A DNA stretch of 64,000 nucleotides from assembly GCF_009914755.1 (NCBI RefSeq), contig NC_060925.1. The stretch is one strand, 5' to 3'. Shown here in pieces: positions 40,070-54,253 of this stretch. The notes under the pieces were generated by a model. It was not told where the DNA came from, did not search any database, and saw only the letters and a program-made list of their open reading frames with translations. Position numbers and translations under genes: made by a program. Numbering within the stretch: the first letter of the stretch is position 1; the number at the start of each line of letters is the position of its first letter. The DNA is from the human T2T-CHM13v2.0 reference genome, Homo sapiens.

Positions 40070-40315
40070 TGGCCCAATAGTGGTAAAGGGAGCCACACTG
40101 TCTGGGATCTAACCCTGGTTTTGTCATTTTTCAAGCTGTGTGGCCTTAGGGAAATTGCTTAAATATACTGTGCCTCAGTTTCCTTACATGTAAAACTGGG
40201 ATAATAATAGTACCTAATTCATAGAACTGTTGTGACCATTAAATAAGTCAGTATGTGTAAAGAGCTTAATTATGTGCATATTATCATATACAGTCAATAA
40301 ATGGTAACTATGATG
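40070..40315 (+). mobile_element. MIR SINE relic
   Basis: GCTGTGTGGCCTTAGGGAAATTGCTTAA...CTGTGCCTCAGTTTCC...GGGATAATAATAGTACC. Confidence 0.85.
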
Positions 40316-41462
40316 GTGGTTATAATTATTTTGGCATGATGATAGGCTTGAAATTGTTGTCACTTCTGTAGTATGGAATATTCTTAGTTTTATCTACAAA
40401 ATAGACCTATGCAGTGCCCACATCATGCAGAGTATTATATCTAGGCCACAGTAATAAATCTGCATTGTTTCATTTTGTTTTTTCTAATTGCAGGGGGATG
40501 CCACTGAGGTGGTTTTCAGCAGAGGAATTAAATGACCAGATTAACATTCTACAGGATTATTCCACCTACTCTTTGGGGAATAGACTAGGCAGAGGTGATG
40601 TTAAGAAACCAGTTAGGAGCTAGAATAGGTGAGACATGATAGGGACATTGACCATGGTGGCGGTGAAGGAGGTGCAACAAAATGGGCTCAATGTGTAACT
40701 TACACGCAATTGTGCAGGCAGGTAACAATTATAGAGGGGAAATGTGAATGATGATTCCTGGGTTTCTGAATGACTGCATACAAGAGCAACGCATTGGAAC
40801 GTATACAGGGACCTTTGTATGCTCTGAAACAACAGCAAAGAGAACAACAAAAAAAGAACATGAATAGAAATGTCTGTAGGGAATAGAAGAGGAACGGAAG
40901 GAAGCGATTCTCCACAAATGAAGTTTGTGGAGAACTGAAGCTCTCCATGGAGTGTTGAATGATTGCACTGTCCACTGAGAGAATAGCACAGTCTAAGCTT
41001 GGCAGAAGGGGTGCCATGATATTTGAGGAAGGCTGCACTTGTCACTTATGCACAGGAACAACATGGCTTTGAATTGCTAATAAGCCACATTATGCAGGTA
41101 TGGCCTTGCCACCCAGATACATGGTAATATCTCACAGCCCCAAAACAACTTCCTTTGTATTCCCAAGTATATTTAGCTCAGTCCTAGGCATATAACAGAG
41201 TCCTTAATAAATACTTCTTGAATTTAAAAGCTGTCAAATAAAATATAAAGCATTTTTTTTACTACTATCATTTTTGAGAGCCTGTGGTAACTTCTGGAAA
41301 CAGAAGATGAATGAGATATGGCCCAGGTCTCTAAGAACATGGATCTTTTCTTTCCCCTTCTCTTCTCTTTCTTCCCTTCCCGTCTCTTCCCTTCCTCTTT
41401 TCTCCCTGCCCTCTCCTCCCTTCTCTACTCTTCTACATATAATTCTTTCTCTCTCAACTTCT

Positions 41463-41463
41463 T

Positions 41464-41506
<43 letters not shown>

Positions 41507-41532
41507 CACACACACACACAGACACACACACA
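41463..41532. repeat. (TC)n(CA)n compound microsatellite
   Basis: Direct reading. Confidence 0.95.
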
Positions 41533-44257
41533 TACTGCACCAAAAAGGGGAGTCGGCAGTCTGGGGTCCAATATTGAATTGTTTTGCAGATTGGATCCAG
41601 GTCTGCTCAAAATATCTCTCATCCTTCTTAGACCAAGAGGCTGGCCATGACATGTCCTTCTCATGGTGACAGTGAAGTACAGGAAAGCAAGCCCAATTCT
41701 GCAAACAAATTTGAAGACTCTGCTCACACCACATCAGCTAGCATCCTCTTGGCCAAAGGAAGTCACAAAGCAAGTCTCAAAGCCAAGGTGCAGCCACCTA
41801 CAATCTGCCTGTAGCAGGAGAAGGTGCAAAATTGGCAAATGACATGAGTATAAGGAGGGATATAGAACCATGATTATTTTGGACAAATCTTTCCCATTCT
41901 CTAAGCTTCTTCAACTCCTAAATAAGGAACTTGGGTCAGATCTATGTGTTCACATTTAGTGAATTCTTGGACATGGCATTAACTAATATTAAGCACATAA
42001 AGTGATGATAATTCACTTTTGATTTTGCTTTCACTATTTCCAGCACATTGAGGAAAAAGTCTGAGTTGGTGCCTTTAACAAGTGTCTATCCCTTACTGAT
42101 TTCCTATTTTAACAAGGAACTAGAAGACATCAGGTTTGGAGCCTTCTGTAGGCCACAGTATCTAGCTAGTATTTCAAAAGATTGCTTTGTTTTTATTTTA
42201 TTTTAATCTATTTTGTATTTATAGCAAATATTTAAGGAAATTATAAAATCAACTATTGGTGGCATGCAGATAACAAAAAAATCATGATTATGGGGCTTGG
42301 ATAACTGAAGTTTGGGAAATTCTGGATTTGACGATCTTTACAATTCTGAGGTCTTATTGATTGCTGCCAATTTCATTGCTCCAGCTTGCAGTCTTCACTT
42401 CTACCCCAAGGCTTTCCCAGAGGAAGATGAGCAGAAGAGGGCATTGTCTTTCTCTTCTGAAGTTTTCTGAGCCCTCTCATTCCCCCTCCCCTCTAAATAC
42501 GAGCAGCCCAGCTGCGAACATGACTGCCCAGGCAGAGGTATTTGATTGACATGTTCATCTCTACACAACGGACCAGAGTCAAGTCAACCCAGGTTTGTCC
42601 CTGCCCTTGGCATTGTGACACGTGGGCCCAGATTCCAAATGTCATGTCACATCTCCTCGTGGCATCAAAGCACTCTTGAGAACAGGAAACACAAAACAGA
42701 TGGCTGAAATGCCTTCAAAAAGACTCCCCCAGACAGCCAGGGAGATGCAGAGCCCTGTTGGTGATGATGGGTCACAACATATGCTCAGCAAAAAATGCCG
42801 AAGGGAAGAGTGATTTCTGTACCCACCGTGCCCACAGAACACTGGCTCAAATGCTTGGTATCAGCTGCCATGGACAGAGCGTCATTTGCATTTTCAAAAT
42901 ACCTATTAAATCTCTGATCTCAAGCCTTGGTTCCCTGGACTTTCAATGGTCCTAAAAGGTAGTGATAGAAAAATTCTATTTATATTCAATATTTCACTAA
43001 TAAGCAAATGAATTTTAAAAAGTAATTTTCTCACAATAAGACTGTTGATTCCTCTGGTCCAGGTATTCTTAGTTTGGGTTTGCTGGGTCCTTAAAAAGTC
43101 CATGGATAATTTTAAAGAGGCCTGCGTCCCTTCCAAAATTACTGGTAAAAGCTTGTGTGTGTGTGTATACGTATATGGGTTTCTCTGGAGAAAAGGGTAT
43201 AAAACTTTAGATCAGATTTTCAAAATGGCTCATGTCTCATTATAAATCACTGTTGTAACACTGCTCCTGAGAAAGATTACATGGGGCGGAAAAATGTCAA
43301 AATGAAACTAAACTAAACGGGGAGGCAATGTAAGGTTAACAATGTTTTCTCCTGATAGGAGCATTAAGAAAAATATCTGCCATTTATCTTTACCATAATT
43401 CTAAAAGAAGGTTATTTTCAATGCAGCAAGACATAAAAAAAAATTCAGAATGGGCATCAACTTAGATTAAAAATATAAATTTAGCTTTATTTAAAAACTC
43501 ACTATATTGCCCATTTTTATTTTATTTCAATGAAGACTAGTGACCAATGCCAGTCTGTGGACCAGAATTTGGGACTTCTGTTCTCAGAGTACAAATTTCT
43601 ACTCAGCCTACAAATTTTTGGGAAACCACGACCTTCTCTAGAATTGCCCAGAGCCTGGATCGCCCTGAGAGATGTCCTTTATCCTTGACCCCACTGTGCT
43701 ATGACACCCTGTACTGCACTCCAAGGCAAGGATGGAAAATTCGAAGCAACTATTCATTCCAACAGCTATTGACTATGTTCCTCATGTGGGCTAGGCCCTG
43801 ACGTAGACGTCAGACATGCAGAAGTGAAAGGCACCATCCTTCCCTAAGGGGCTCATATGGTAGCAGAAGGGATGAAAGAGAAGATAGAAATGGTGTAAGT
43901 AGGCATTGTCATCCACTCTACCACTCCCTCCCCTATTGCAAAATAAGCAAAATAAATGATTAACGATGCGACACAGGATGTATCACATAGTCCAAATTTC
44001 TCTTCATTGTATGGAACCCCAAATGAGATTGAATGGTTGAATTCTCCTCCCACCCAAAATTTAAAATGCCTCTTGCTTTTTGAAAGGTGCGACAGAGAAT
44101 GCAAAGTATAGAAAGAGGACACTTGGAAAGAGAGTAGGCAAGAGCTTGTGTAGATACATAGCCAGTAAGTTTGCAGTCTGCACTGTAGGGAATCAAACCT
44201 GTTTAGCAAAGTAATGGTAAGATTTAGTTCTTGAAGTATATTTTAAATATCTGTCTA

Positions 44258-44550
44258 GGCTGGGCGTGGTGGCTTATGCCTGTAACCCCAACACTTTTTG
44301 GGGCTGAGGCAGGAGGATCACTTGAGGCCAGGAGTTCAAGACAAGCCTGACAATAGTGAGACCCTGTTTCTACAGAAAAAGGAAAAAAAAATTAGCTGGG
44401 TGTGGTGGTGTATCCCTATAGTCCTAACTACTTGGGAGGCAGAGGTAGGAGGATTGCTTGAGCCAGGAGGTGGAGGCTGCAGTGAGCTATGATTGAATCA
44501 CTGCACTCCAGCCTGAATGACAAAGCAAGACCTTATCTCTTAAAGAAAAG
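44258..44550 (+). mobile_element. AluJ element
   Basis: J diagnostics (GGAGGATCACTTGAGGCCAGGAG, GAGGCTGCAGTGAGCTATGATT). Confidence 0.92.
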
Positions 44551-45159
44551 TAATTAATTGCAGGCCACACCAAAACAGAGATGATTCTCCTGATCACAGG
44601 GTTAAAGTGCGAGGAAACTAGGAGTTGATTTCTGAATCCCCTGTACAGTAAGCGGAATTAAAGACTTCAGGAGGGTTTTCATTCTTGATAGTGTGTTTGA
44701 CTTTCATGTAACTTCTTTGTTGTTTCCATAAAGTCCTGAGTGAAGAGAACCTCTCTGGCCATTTTTGCATATCAAAATCTGAATTTAGTGGATATTGCCA
44801 CACAACTACAAATAGTTTGTCTATCAGGTAAGTAGATAAGAGTAGCCATACTCAGGTAAGTTGCAAAGACTATCACATGTGTTCTCTCAACATATATGAT
44901 AACGATATTCTCCTTTTCATTCAGAAGCCAGAGAATACGAAGTTAATTACCTTGACCAAGGGCACAAAGCCAGCCATGGGTGCCTGAGACTTCACTGACT
45001 CTAACACTGAAAGAGCTCAAAGAAGGCAATCAGTCCCAGAGCACTGCATAGCAACATTTCAGTTCTAGAGGGGCCATGAATTCAGGTCTTAGCTGCCATT
45101 TGGTTGCTCAGTCCTGAGTGGGTTTTGGTTTTAGTTTTTTCCTTTTTGTTTTAATTCTC

Positions 45160-45575
45160 CTTTTTTAATTAACACACAATAATTGTACCTATTTATGGGC
45201 CACCTTGTCATGTGTGGATACATATAACATGTAGTGATCAAATCATTGTAATTAGCATACCCATCATCTCAATCATTTATCAATTCTTTATGTTTGGAAC
45301 ACTTGATATTCTCCCTCCAGCTATTTGAAACTATATATTTACTATAGTCCTCCTACAATGATGAATATAGGAACACTGGAACTTATTTCTGCTATCTGGC
45401 CAAAATGTTGTATCTTTTAACAAATCTCTCCCTATCCGTCTTGTCCTCCTACCCTTCCCAGCCTCTAGTATACTCTGTTCTACTTTTTACTTCCATAAGA
45501 TCAGTGGTTTTTAGCTTCCACATATGAGTGAGAACATGAGGTATTTAACTTTCTTTTCCTGGCTTATTTCATAGC
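45160..45575 (-). mobile_element. L1MA-like LINE-1 3' end
   Basis: ATAATTGTACCTATTTATGGG...TTAGCTTCCACATATGAGTGAGAACATG...TGGCTTATTTCA. Confidence 0.85.
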
Positions 45576-46649
45576 CCTGAGTTTTTGAGACATCAAGATT
45601 GAGTGTTGTTCCCCACAATTTATAACTATTCAAAGTAATAGAAGATTTACAAAGATGATCAAATGGTTGCAAAATATCCCTTATTCCTGTTGTAAGAGGC
45701 ATCTGTAGTTAACATAAAGAAAAGAAGACTGAGATAAATTAGGAACTTTGGAAACTTTATGTTTTAGAAATAATCAGAGAATGTGAGATTTAAAACAAAA
45801 TTTAGAAGTTATTTAGCCAAACCAGATGGAAATACTGAGGTATCCAGGAATGTAACAATATTATTTTTACAAAACAAATTATTTTTACACAACAAATTAG
45901 TAACAGAGCAGGGATTAGAATTCAGTTCTACAATGTTCTAGCCCAATGTTCACAGCACCACAGCAGACATTCAGAGGATGCTACACTGACAAATGAAAAG
46001 GACTATGAACCATGAAGAAGAAATTTTGATCAGAGAGAGAAATTTTGTCCCCAAAGAGCACAAACTTTTAAACACGCTATGTTTTGTTGTCAAGGGAGGC
46101 TGTGAGGATATATTCCCTGGGTCAATATATAAAAGATGCTTTAGCTATAGTCTTAGGCAGAGGACCAGAATACACTCAGCAGCTGGTCTATTTTATTTCC
46201 TGGAGCAAGATCTGTGACTCCAACATTTCAAGGCCTAGATGATAACTTTAATACTATTCCCAAGTTCAAAGGCTTCACTTTCTTATTTGCAGCTTCTAAA
46301 TAAGCTTTGGTTTTGTAGGGACAAAATGCCCGCCTCTGAGGAATGTGAAAGCAGATTCCATTTCCACTTCGATGACAAGCCCACGTGAAAGCATATCTAG
46401 GGGTAACTCAACTTTCTCTTAAAGCCATTCCAGTCAGGCCTTCGTGCCCTCTGCCTTACCAAAGCAGCATTTGTGAAGGTCACCAGTGACCTCCATGTTG
46501 CTGAATCCAATGGTCAGTTCTCAATCCTTACTTGACTGTCAACACTATGCAGCACAGCTACCCACTCCTCCTCCATACAGCACACTCTTCACTTGACTTC
46601 CATGATGCCACTCTCTTGAGTTTCCTCTCCTCCCTGGCTACTCCTTTGT

Positions 46650-46792
46650 ATTTTTATTTATTTTTATTTTTTATGAGAGACAGGGTTTCACCATGTTGGC
46701 CAGGCTGGTCTCAAACTCCTGACCTCAAGTGATCTGCCCACCTTGGCCTCCCAAAGTGCTGGGATTACAGGCGTGAGCCACTATGCCCGGCC
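46650..46792 (-). mobile_element. Alu left arm (AluS-like)
   Basis: GAGACAGGGTTTCACCATGTTGGCCAGGCTGG...GAGCCACTATGCCCGGCC. Confidence 0.9.
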
Positions 46793-47445
46793 AGTACTCC
46801 TTCTTAGTCTCATTTGCAGGTTCCTCCCACATTCCCCAACCTCTAAACGTGGAAGTTTCTCAGATCTCTATCCTTGGACATTTTTTCTTCTCTACCAAGG
46901 TTCACTCCTTCGGTGATCTCAGCCACTTTTATGGCTTAAATATCATCTGTATTGTGATAACTCTCAAATTTGTCACCTCTGTCATCAAAATATAGTCTAA
47001 CCACTTTTCACCACAGCTAATGCTACCACCATCATCTCTTGCCTAGATTGTTATAATAGTTACCTGATTTCCCCCCATGTGTCCACCCTTGTCTCTCTAT
47101 AGTTGATTTTTCACTCAGCAGGCAGATTAAAAAAAAAAAAAAACCCAAAAAACAAAAAACTTAAACTTAAGGCAGAAAAAAATCAGTCCTTCATTCCTCT
47201 GCCCAGCCTTCTCCCTTGATTTCTTCTTATCTCAGAGTACGCACCAAAGTCGCCACTAACTCTCTCATCTCCTAATTTACCACTCTTTTTCTAGCTCAAC
47301 CTGCTCCTCCAGACTCACTGGTCCCCCTCTGTCCCTCAAACATGCCAGGCACAATTGCACCTCAAGGTTTTTCCTTTTCTCTGCACGCAGTGTTCTTCTC
47401 CCAGATGCCTGCACACTTTCTCCTTCATTTCCTTCGGGTCTTTGC

Positions 47446-48276
47446 TGGAGCTGCTTTTACTTACAACACTTCTGGCACCAAATGTATGGGTGTTTCCCTC
47501 ACACCAACCATTTCTTTGTTTCTCTAGTCATCTAGCGGGTGTCCTACAATTTAGTTTGACTCTGACACTCACTACCTGGAGTTAGCATTAGACCTACAGG
47601 TTTAAGAACTCAGTCTCACAAGACTGCCCCTCACTTCAGGTGCCAGTCACAAATACTGGGTCCCTAGGCAACACGCTCTTCTGTCTAACTTGGATACAAA
47701 TCAAGAGTTCCCACGACCCCCTTTTCAGGTTCAATAATTTGCTAGAAGGACTCACAGAACTCAGAAAAGCACTTTACTTACAGTTACCAGGTTATTATAA
47801 ATGATACAACTTAGGAACTGCCAAATGGAAGAGATGCATAGAACAAGGTATGGTGGGAGGGTGTGGAGCTTCCATGACCTCTCTGAGGCACCACCTTTTC
47901 AGCCCATCAATGTGTTCACTAACCTGGGAACTCTTTGAACGTCATCATTTGGGTGTTTTTATGGAGAATTCATTAGTTAGGCATGATTGATTAAATCACA
48001 AATCTTCCTACCTCCACAGAGGTGGGAGGGTGTGCTGAAAATTCCAAACCTTTAGTCACCTGGTTGGATCCTCTGGTAACCATTCCCCATCTTGAAGATA
48101 TCTAGGGGCCCACAAGAGTCAACTCATTAGCATAAACTCAGGTATGGTTGAAAGGGGTGTGTTATGAATAACAAAAGATACTCCTATCACCTCTATCACT
48201 CAGGAAATTCCAAGAGTTTTAGGAGCTGTATGCCAGGAACAAGGACAAAGACCAAATATGTATTTCTTATGCTACA
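47446..48276 (-). mobile_element. MER21-family LTR
   Basis: ACAACACTTCTGGCACCAAATGTATGGG...CACAAGACTGCCCC...ACTCACAGAACTCAG...GACAAAGACCAAATATGTATTTCTTAT; splits the L2 at TTTGC/CTGCTCAAATG. Confidence 0.85.
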
Positions 48277-48689
48277 CTGCTCAAATGTCTTCTAGTCAAT
48301 AAGGCTTCCCTTGACCCGTCTGTATAATATAGCAGTTCTGTCTCTCCTCTGTACTCTCACTATGTCTCTTATCTCTACAGTGGTTATCATGATTGGACAA
48401 ACCATCAATTGATTCTTCTAGAGTTTACTACAATGTAAACTCCATAACTGGGACTTTGCCTATTTGATTCACTGTTCTTTCTCTCACACTTCAAATGGTA
48501 TCTGGCATTATAGTGGCTACTCAATAAATAATTAATGAATGAAAGAACCAAATTAACAAATCTTGTCCACACCTACAACCAAGCTCAGGGAGCAGTGCAT
48601 TTAAATCCACCATGGGAAGAGGAAGCCTCTGTTCTCCACATTTGACTGCTCTGAAATCAATACCCTATGCTTTAGGAAGAATGGAATTA

Positions 48690-49097
<408 letters not shown>

Positions 49098-49379
49098 TCA
49101 TCTCCATTTCTTACTGTGTGTGTTTGGCAAGTAATCTAATTTCTCTAGGTCTCAGATCTCTCCTCTACAAGATGGTGATAATGTTAGGACTACCTTATGC
49201 AGTTGTTGTAAAGATCAAAGGAGACATACCATATTTAAGATATTCAGAAAAAGACCTGGTATACGGTAAGTACTTAAGTGTTAGCTTGTTATTATACTAA
49301 GGATATATTGTCCAAATAACACTCTTTTTTGTTCCCCAAGAAGCTTTTAAGAGGGATTTACCTATATACCACATAGTCA

Positions 49380-49550
49380 CATATACAGATATGTGTGTAT
49401 ACATGTATATGTATAAATTATAAATATATATATTATCTATATATACACAAACATATAAATATATACAGTAAGGTATATATATTCAATATATAGTGAGTTA
49501 GCTTGTGAGTTTGATATACAGGCATATATTTTTTATGTATACATGTATTT
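49380..49550. repeat. TA-rich low-complexity tract
   Basis: Degenerate (TA)n/(TATG)n. Confidence 0.8.
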
Positions 49551-51152
49551 TTTAAAGTTGCATATTGGCTTTCTATTTTTTTCTGTGTACAGCTTCTTGT
49601 GCCCCACACAAGCCCCGCAGCAGGGTTCAGCACTTCTCTTTATTCCTAAAGATAATCCAGTCCACCAAATATTAATGAGCAATAAAGATTTTACTTAATA
49701 TTTCATAGGGGGCTTGGAAGAGAGGGCTTATATGATATATCACCAAAATCATTTAAGAGCTCTTCATTAGATATTTCTCTTTTCCACCAAAATTGCTCTT
49801 TGGCCACACCCCCAACCAGATTTCTCTCTTCCCTGCCTCTTCTTCCAGGGTGACTTGGCCCCTTCATCTGGGCTCACTTTGCCCTTCACCCACCTACAGC
49901 CCTGTGTCTGTGGGGCCATTTCCAGCAGGAGCACCTACAGGGAGCTGTACCTTACTTGTCTCTTGCTCATAGCAGAGGGCCTGCTGCATGGTACATGCTC
50001 CGTGGGCTATTAAGAAAATGAATGCACGAAATAACCTTATGTATGTGTGCCGTATCTTCTTTAATGGAAAAGGAAATTAAGACAAAAGAGTGTCAAAGGG
50101 CTATGGAACAGTCAAAAAGAACCCTCAAATTCTCCTGTCCTCCTCTGCCCCCATTGACCACAAAGACCAACCACTAGTAGCCTTTCTATTAAATACTGAA
50201 TAATTCTGACCTTTCCTGGGTCTTGTGAGGATCAACATTATGCTATGAGCTAGTCTCGGACCATGCAGAGAGAAAGATCCCTCTCTCAACAGCTGCTTCC
50301 TTTATTTCATTCCCTACTGGGGAAAACTAATCAAACATGTAGGAAGCTTAAGAATATTCCAAGGAGATTTGATTCTTTGCTGGTGGCCAGTTTCAAGAAA
50401 TGCATACTGATGAACACAAACCGATCCCCACTTCCTCCCCTTACAGGCTTCTCCAGCTGAGCAGGCCCAAGCCTAAGGGACAGGCCCAGGAAATACCCAT
50501 AGGAAATGTGTCCTGTTGGTGAGTGCCTGAGTTGGGACTCTATTCTCTGTGATTTATTTTTCTTTTTTGTCAAATTGAAGAATAACCCAACACCGATAAA
50601 AATAGAGATGAAATAGAAACTGCTAAGAGTTCCCGTTTTGGGGTGTTTTAGAACGGCCTTTTGCTTCCTTGTTCATGTGGAAAAATTATCATCATCCTCA
50701 GTGCTCTGCTGCATGGCACAGCACAGTCCCTTCTCCTGTGTCCTGAGGCTGAACCTTTGCTCCTCTGTGATAGCCCTTCCTCCTGTATACTTGTCTGTGC
50801 CCTGTCACTGTATCTTCAACATGTGTTATAGTCACTGCTCTACAGTCAGGTCTGATTTCCCCAGACACTGGCTTCTTAAGGGCAGCATTGGATTATGTAT
50901 GCCCAGTCTGCAATCAGTACTCAGTAAATTTGGTTAAATACATAAACAAATGAAAAGTATACTGAATTGAGATCAAGAAAAGCAGGATCATATCCCAGCT
51001 CTGATTCAAATGCCTTCTCAATCTAGAAGAGCCTTGGTATACTAATCTGTGCAGTAGATATGATAATCCCCATCATTGGCCTCACAGGATTGTTGACATG
51101 ATTAAATGAGATAATAATAAAAAAGCCTGTTTTTCTTATCGATTGATTGATT

Positions 51153-51416
<264 letters not shown>

Positions 51417-52864
51417 AAAAAAACCTCTGTCAAGGCAAAATGTTATTCTAATATAATGAGTTACTGTTGAGGAATATCATGCTCCATTTAATTAAGGATA
51501 ACTCAAAAATCAGTTCAGGAATTTTTTTTAATGCCATCTAATACAAGTTTAATAATAAAATAGTTTAAATGAGAAAAGAATGTAATTAATTCGTTCAGAG
51601 ATGCAAATAACTTTTTTAGCTGAGAAAATAAACAACTATTGGCACTTACAGTGTATTATTATAGTATAGAAGGACATTGAAAGAAAATGTGTGATGGGTG
51701 AAAAATAGGCTAGGATGGGAGAGAAGGAGAGGACAGTAAGAAAGTCAGAGATACACAGATGGGCACTGCAGGAGGGCACCCTTAACTCATTGTCTAATCC
51801 ATACTGAGCAGATTACTTCATGATCTCATTTAATCCCCCTAGCCTATGAAGATGGTATTACAACCTCATTGTACAGATGGCAAACCCTAGAAACTTGGAG
51901 AGGCGAAGTAAGTCGAAGCACAAGACGTAAGCTCCACGAGGGCAGAGATATTGCATTAATGTACATGCCCCATACCTGGGAAGTACCTGGCATATCACTA
52001 TTGCCTGAAAAATAGTTCTTTAATGAAGGAGTGAGTGTCACACAGCTGATAAGTGGCAGACTGATTGGCACTGATGCTTACTGGCTGGCTTGCTTGACTA
52101 TACCACAATCAAGTTTATATCAGGAATTTGTAATTCATAAAAGCTACAAGGCCAGCAAAATTCAGAAAATGGTGTAATTTATCCACATCTCTGAAATAGA
52201 ATAATTAGCAACCATGAAATAAATATAAATATAAATATTAACACTGTGTCATAAGCCCTAAAATTTCCTAACAGGAAAGTGCTCTGATTGGCTATTTGTA
52301 GTAGAGTGTGACATGGGATGTTAGCCCATGTTGTTCTATTTAGTTCTTATAACTGCCTGGCTTAAGTGTGAGTTAGAGAAGAGTAGTTATCCCAGAGGAG
52401 TTTCACTCCAATAACAGATGGTTGTATTTTAAAAATCAGCTTTATTGATGCATAATTTATATGACATGAAATGAGCCTATTTTAAGTATACTCAATCATT
52501 ATGTTTTGGCAAATTCGTACACCTGTACATCTACCACCACTATCAATATATAGAACATGTACCTCACTCCCAAATTCTTCTTTTATTATAATGTTTTCAG
52601 TGACTCTCCCCACTCCAACTCCCAGCCCCAGGACACCAATGATCTAATTTCAGTCATGATACATTTGTTTTCTCCACTCTAGAAATTTATATACATGTAA
52701 TGATTATACCTACTATAAGCAATGTTTGACTTCTGGCTTCTTGCACTCACCATAGTAATTTTGAGGTTCATCCAAGTCATTGGAGGTATTAATACTTTAT
52801 TTCTTTTTATTATTGCTATTCCTTTGTATAGAGTCTTCCACAATTTGCTAATCTATTCACTTGT

Positions 52865-53283
52865 TGCTGTGGTTTGAATGTGTCCCCCAAAAAGACTGCA
52901 TTGGAAACTTAATCCCTAGTGCAACACTGTTAAGAAGTGGTATGTTTAATAGGTGATTAGGCCATAGGGGCTCTGCACTTATGATGGATTAATGCTATGA
53001 TTGTAGGAGTGGGTTTCTTATAAAAGGATAAGGGCAGCCCCCTCTTGTGCTCTCAACACCTCTCCTCCTGCCTTTCCTCCCTCCACCATAGGATGATGCT
53101 GCAAGAAGACTCTCACCAGACCCTTGCATCTCAATTTTGGACTTCCCAGCCTCCAGAATTGTGAGAAATAAATTTCTGTTAATTATAAATTACCAAGTTC
53201 TTTGCAAAATTGTGTTTATTATTGAAAAACAAATTATCCAGTTTCAGATATTCTGTTATAGCAGCTCAAAATGGACTAAGACA
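52865..53283 (+). mobile_element. MST-family MaLR solo LTR nested in L1
   Basis: TGCTGTGGTTTGAATGTGTCCCCC...TGGACTTCCCAGCCTCCAGAATTGTGAGAAATAAATTTCTG...GGACTAAGACA; TSD CTTGT/TTTGT. Confidence 0.88.
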
Positions 53284-53635
53284 TTTGTTAATGGACATTT
53301 GGATTCTTTCCAGATTTTGGTTATTGTGAATAAAGCTGCTGTGAACATTCATGTGCAGCTCTATGTAAAGATATATGTTTTTATTTCTTTCAAGTAAGCA
53401 TCTAGGAGTAGACTCGCTGGGATATAGGGTGACAGTATGTTTAACTTTATAAGAAATTGGCTGATATCCAAAGTGGCTGTAACCTTTACACTCCCACCAA
53501 CAATGCATGAGAATTCTATTTGCTCCACATTGTTGTCAGCATTTACTATTTTTAGATTTTTTTTTAAGCCTTGCCATTCTAGTAGGCATTCTCATTGTGG
53601 TTTTAATTTGCAATTTCCTGATGATGTTGGGCCTC

Positions 53636-54084
53636 TGTTATGAGTTGAATTGTGTCTCCCAAAATTACATGTTGTGGCTCTAACTCCCAGTGACCTTATT
53701 TGGAAATAGCATTTTTACAGATATAATCATGTTAAGTTGAGGTCAAACTGAATTATGGTGGCCCATAAACCGAGTGACTGGTGTCCTTGAAAAAAGATCA
53801 GGTAGTTAACTACAGGCACACACATACAGGAGAATACCATGTGTAAATGAATGCAGAAATTGGAATAATGTATGTATAAACCCAGGAATACCAAGAACTG
53901 CCAGCAACCACAAGAAGCTAACAGTCATGGAACAGATCCTTCCCTAGAACCTTCAGGACCATAGCCCTACTGATACCTTAATTTCAGACTTCTACCCTGC
54001 AGATCTGTGTGAGAAAAAATTTCTGTTGTTTTAAGCCATTCAGTTTTCAGTACTTAGTTATAAGAGCCCCAGGAAATTAACATA
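53636..54084 (+). mobile_element. MLT1B/C-like MaLR solo LTR nested in L1
   Basis: TGTTATGAGTTGAATTGTGTCTCCC...TTTCTGTTGTTTTAAGCCA...CAGGAAATTAACATA. Confidence 0.88.
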
Positions 54085-54204
54085 GCATTTTTTCATGTAC
54101 TGATTAGCTAATTACATGTGTGTATATATATATGTGTTTGAATTAAATGTTCAAATATTTTGCCCATTTTGAATTGGATTATTTATCTTCTTGTTATTGA
54201 GTTG

Positions 54205-54207
<3 letters not shown>

Positions 54208-54246
<39 letters not shown>

Positions 54247-54253
54247 TACACAC
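54208..54253. repeat. (CA)n microsatellite
   Basis: Direct reading. Confidence 0.95.

Larger units (their letters stand above)
46420..48545 (+). mobile_element. L2 LINE relic interrupted by an Alu arm and MER21
   Basis: AAGGTCACCAGTGACCTCCATGTTGCTGAATCCAATGGTCA...; resumes TGCTCAAATGTC after MER21 and ends CTCAATAAATAATTAATGAATGAA. Confidence 0.8.

Noticed and set aside
40908-40934. 11-bp perfect hairpin TTCTCCACAAA-TGAAG-TTTGTGGAGAA
   Set aside because: A stem this short is plausible by chance in 64 kb, is too short for a pre-miRNA and has no supporting context
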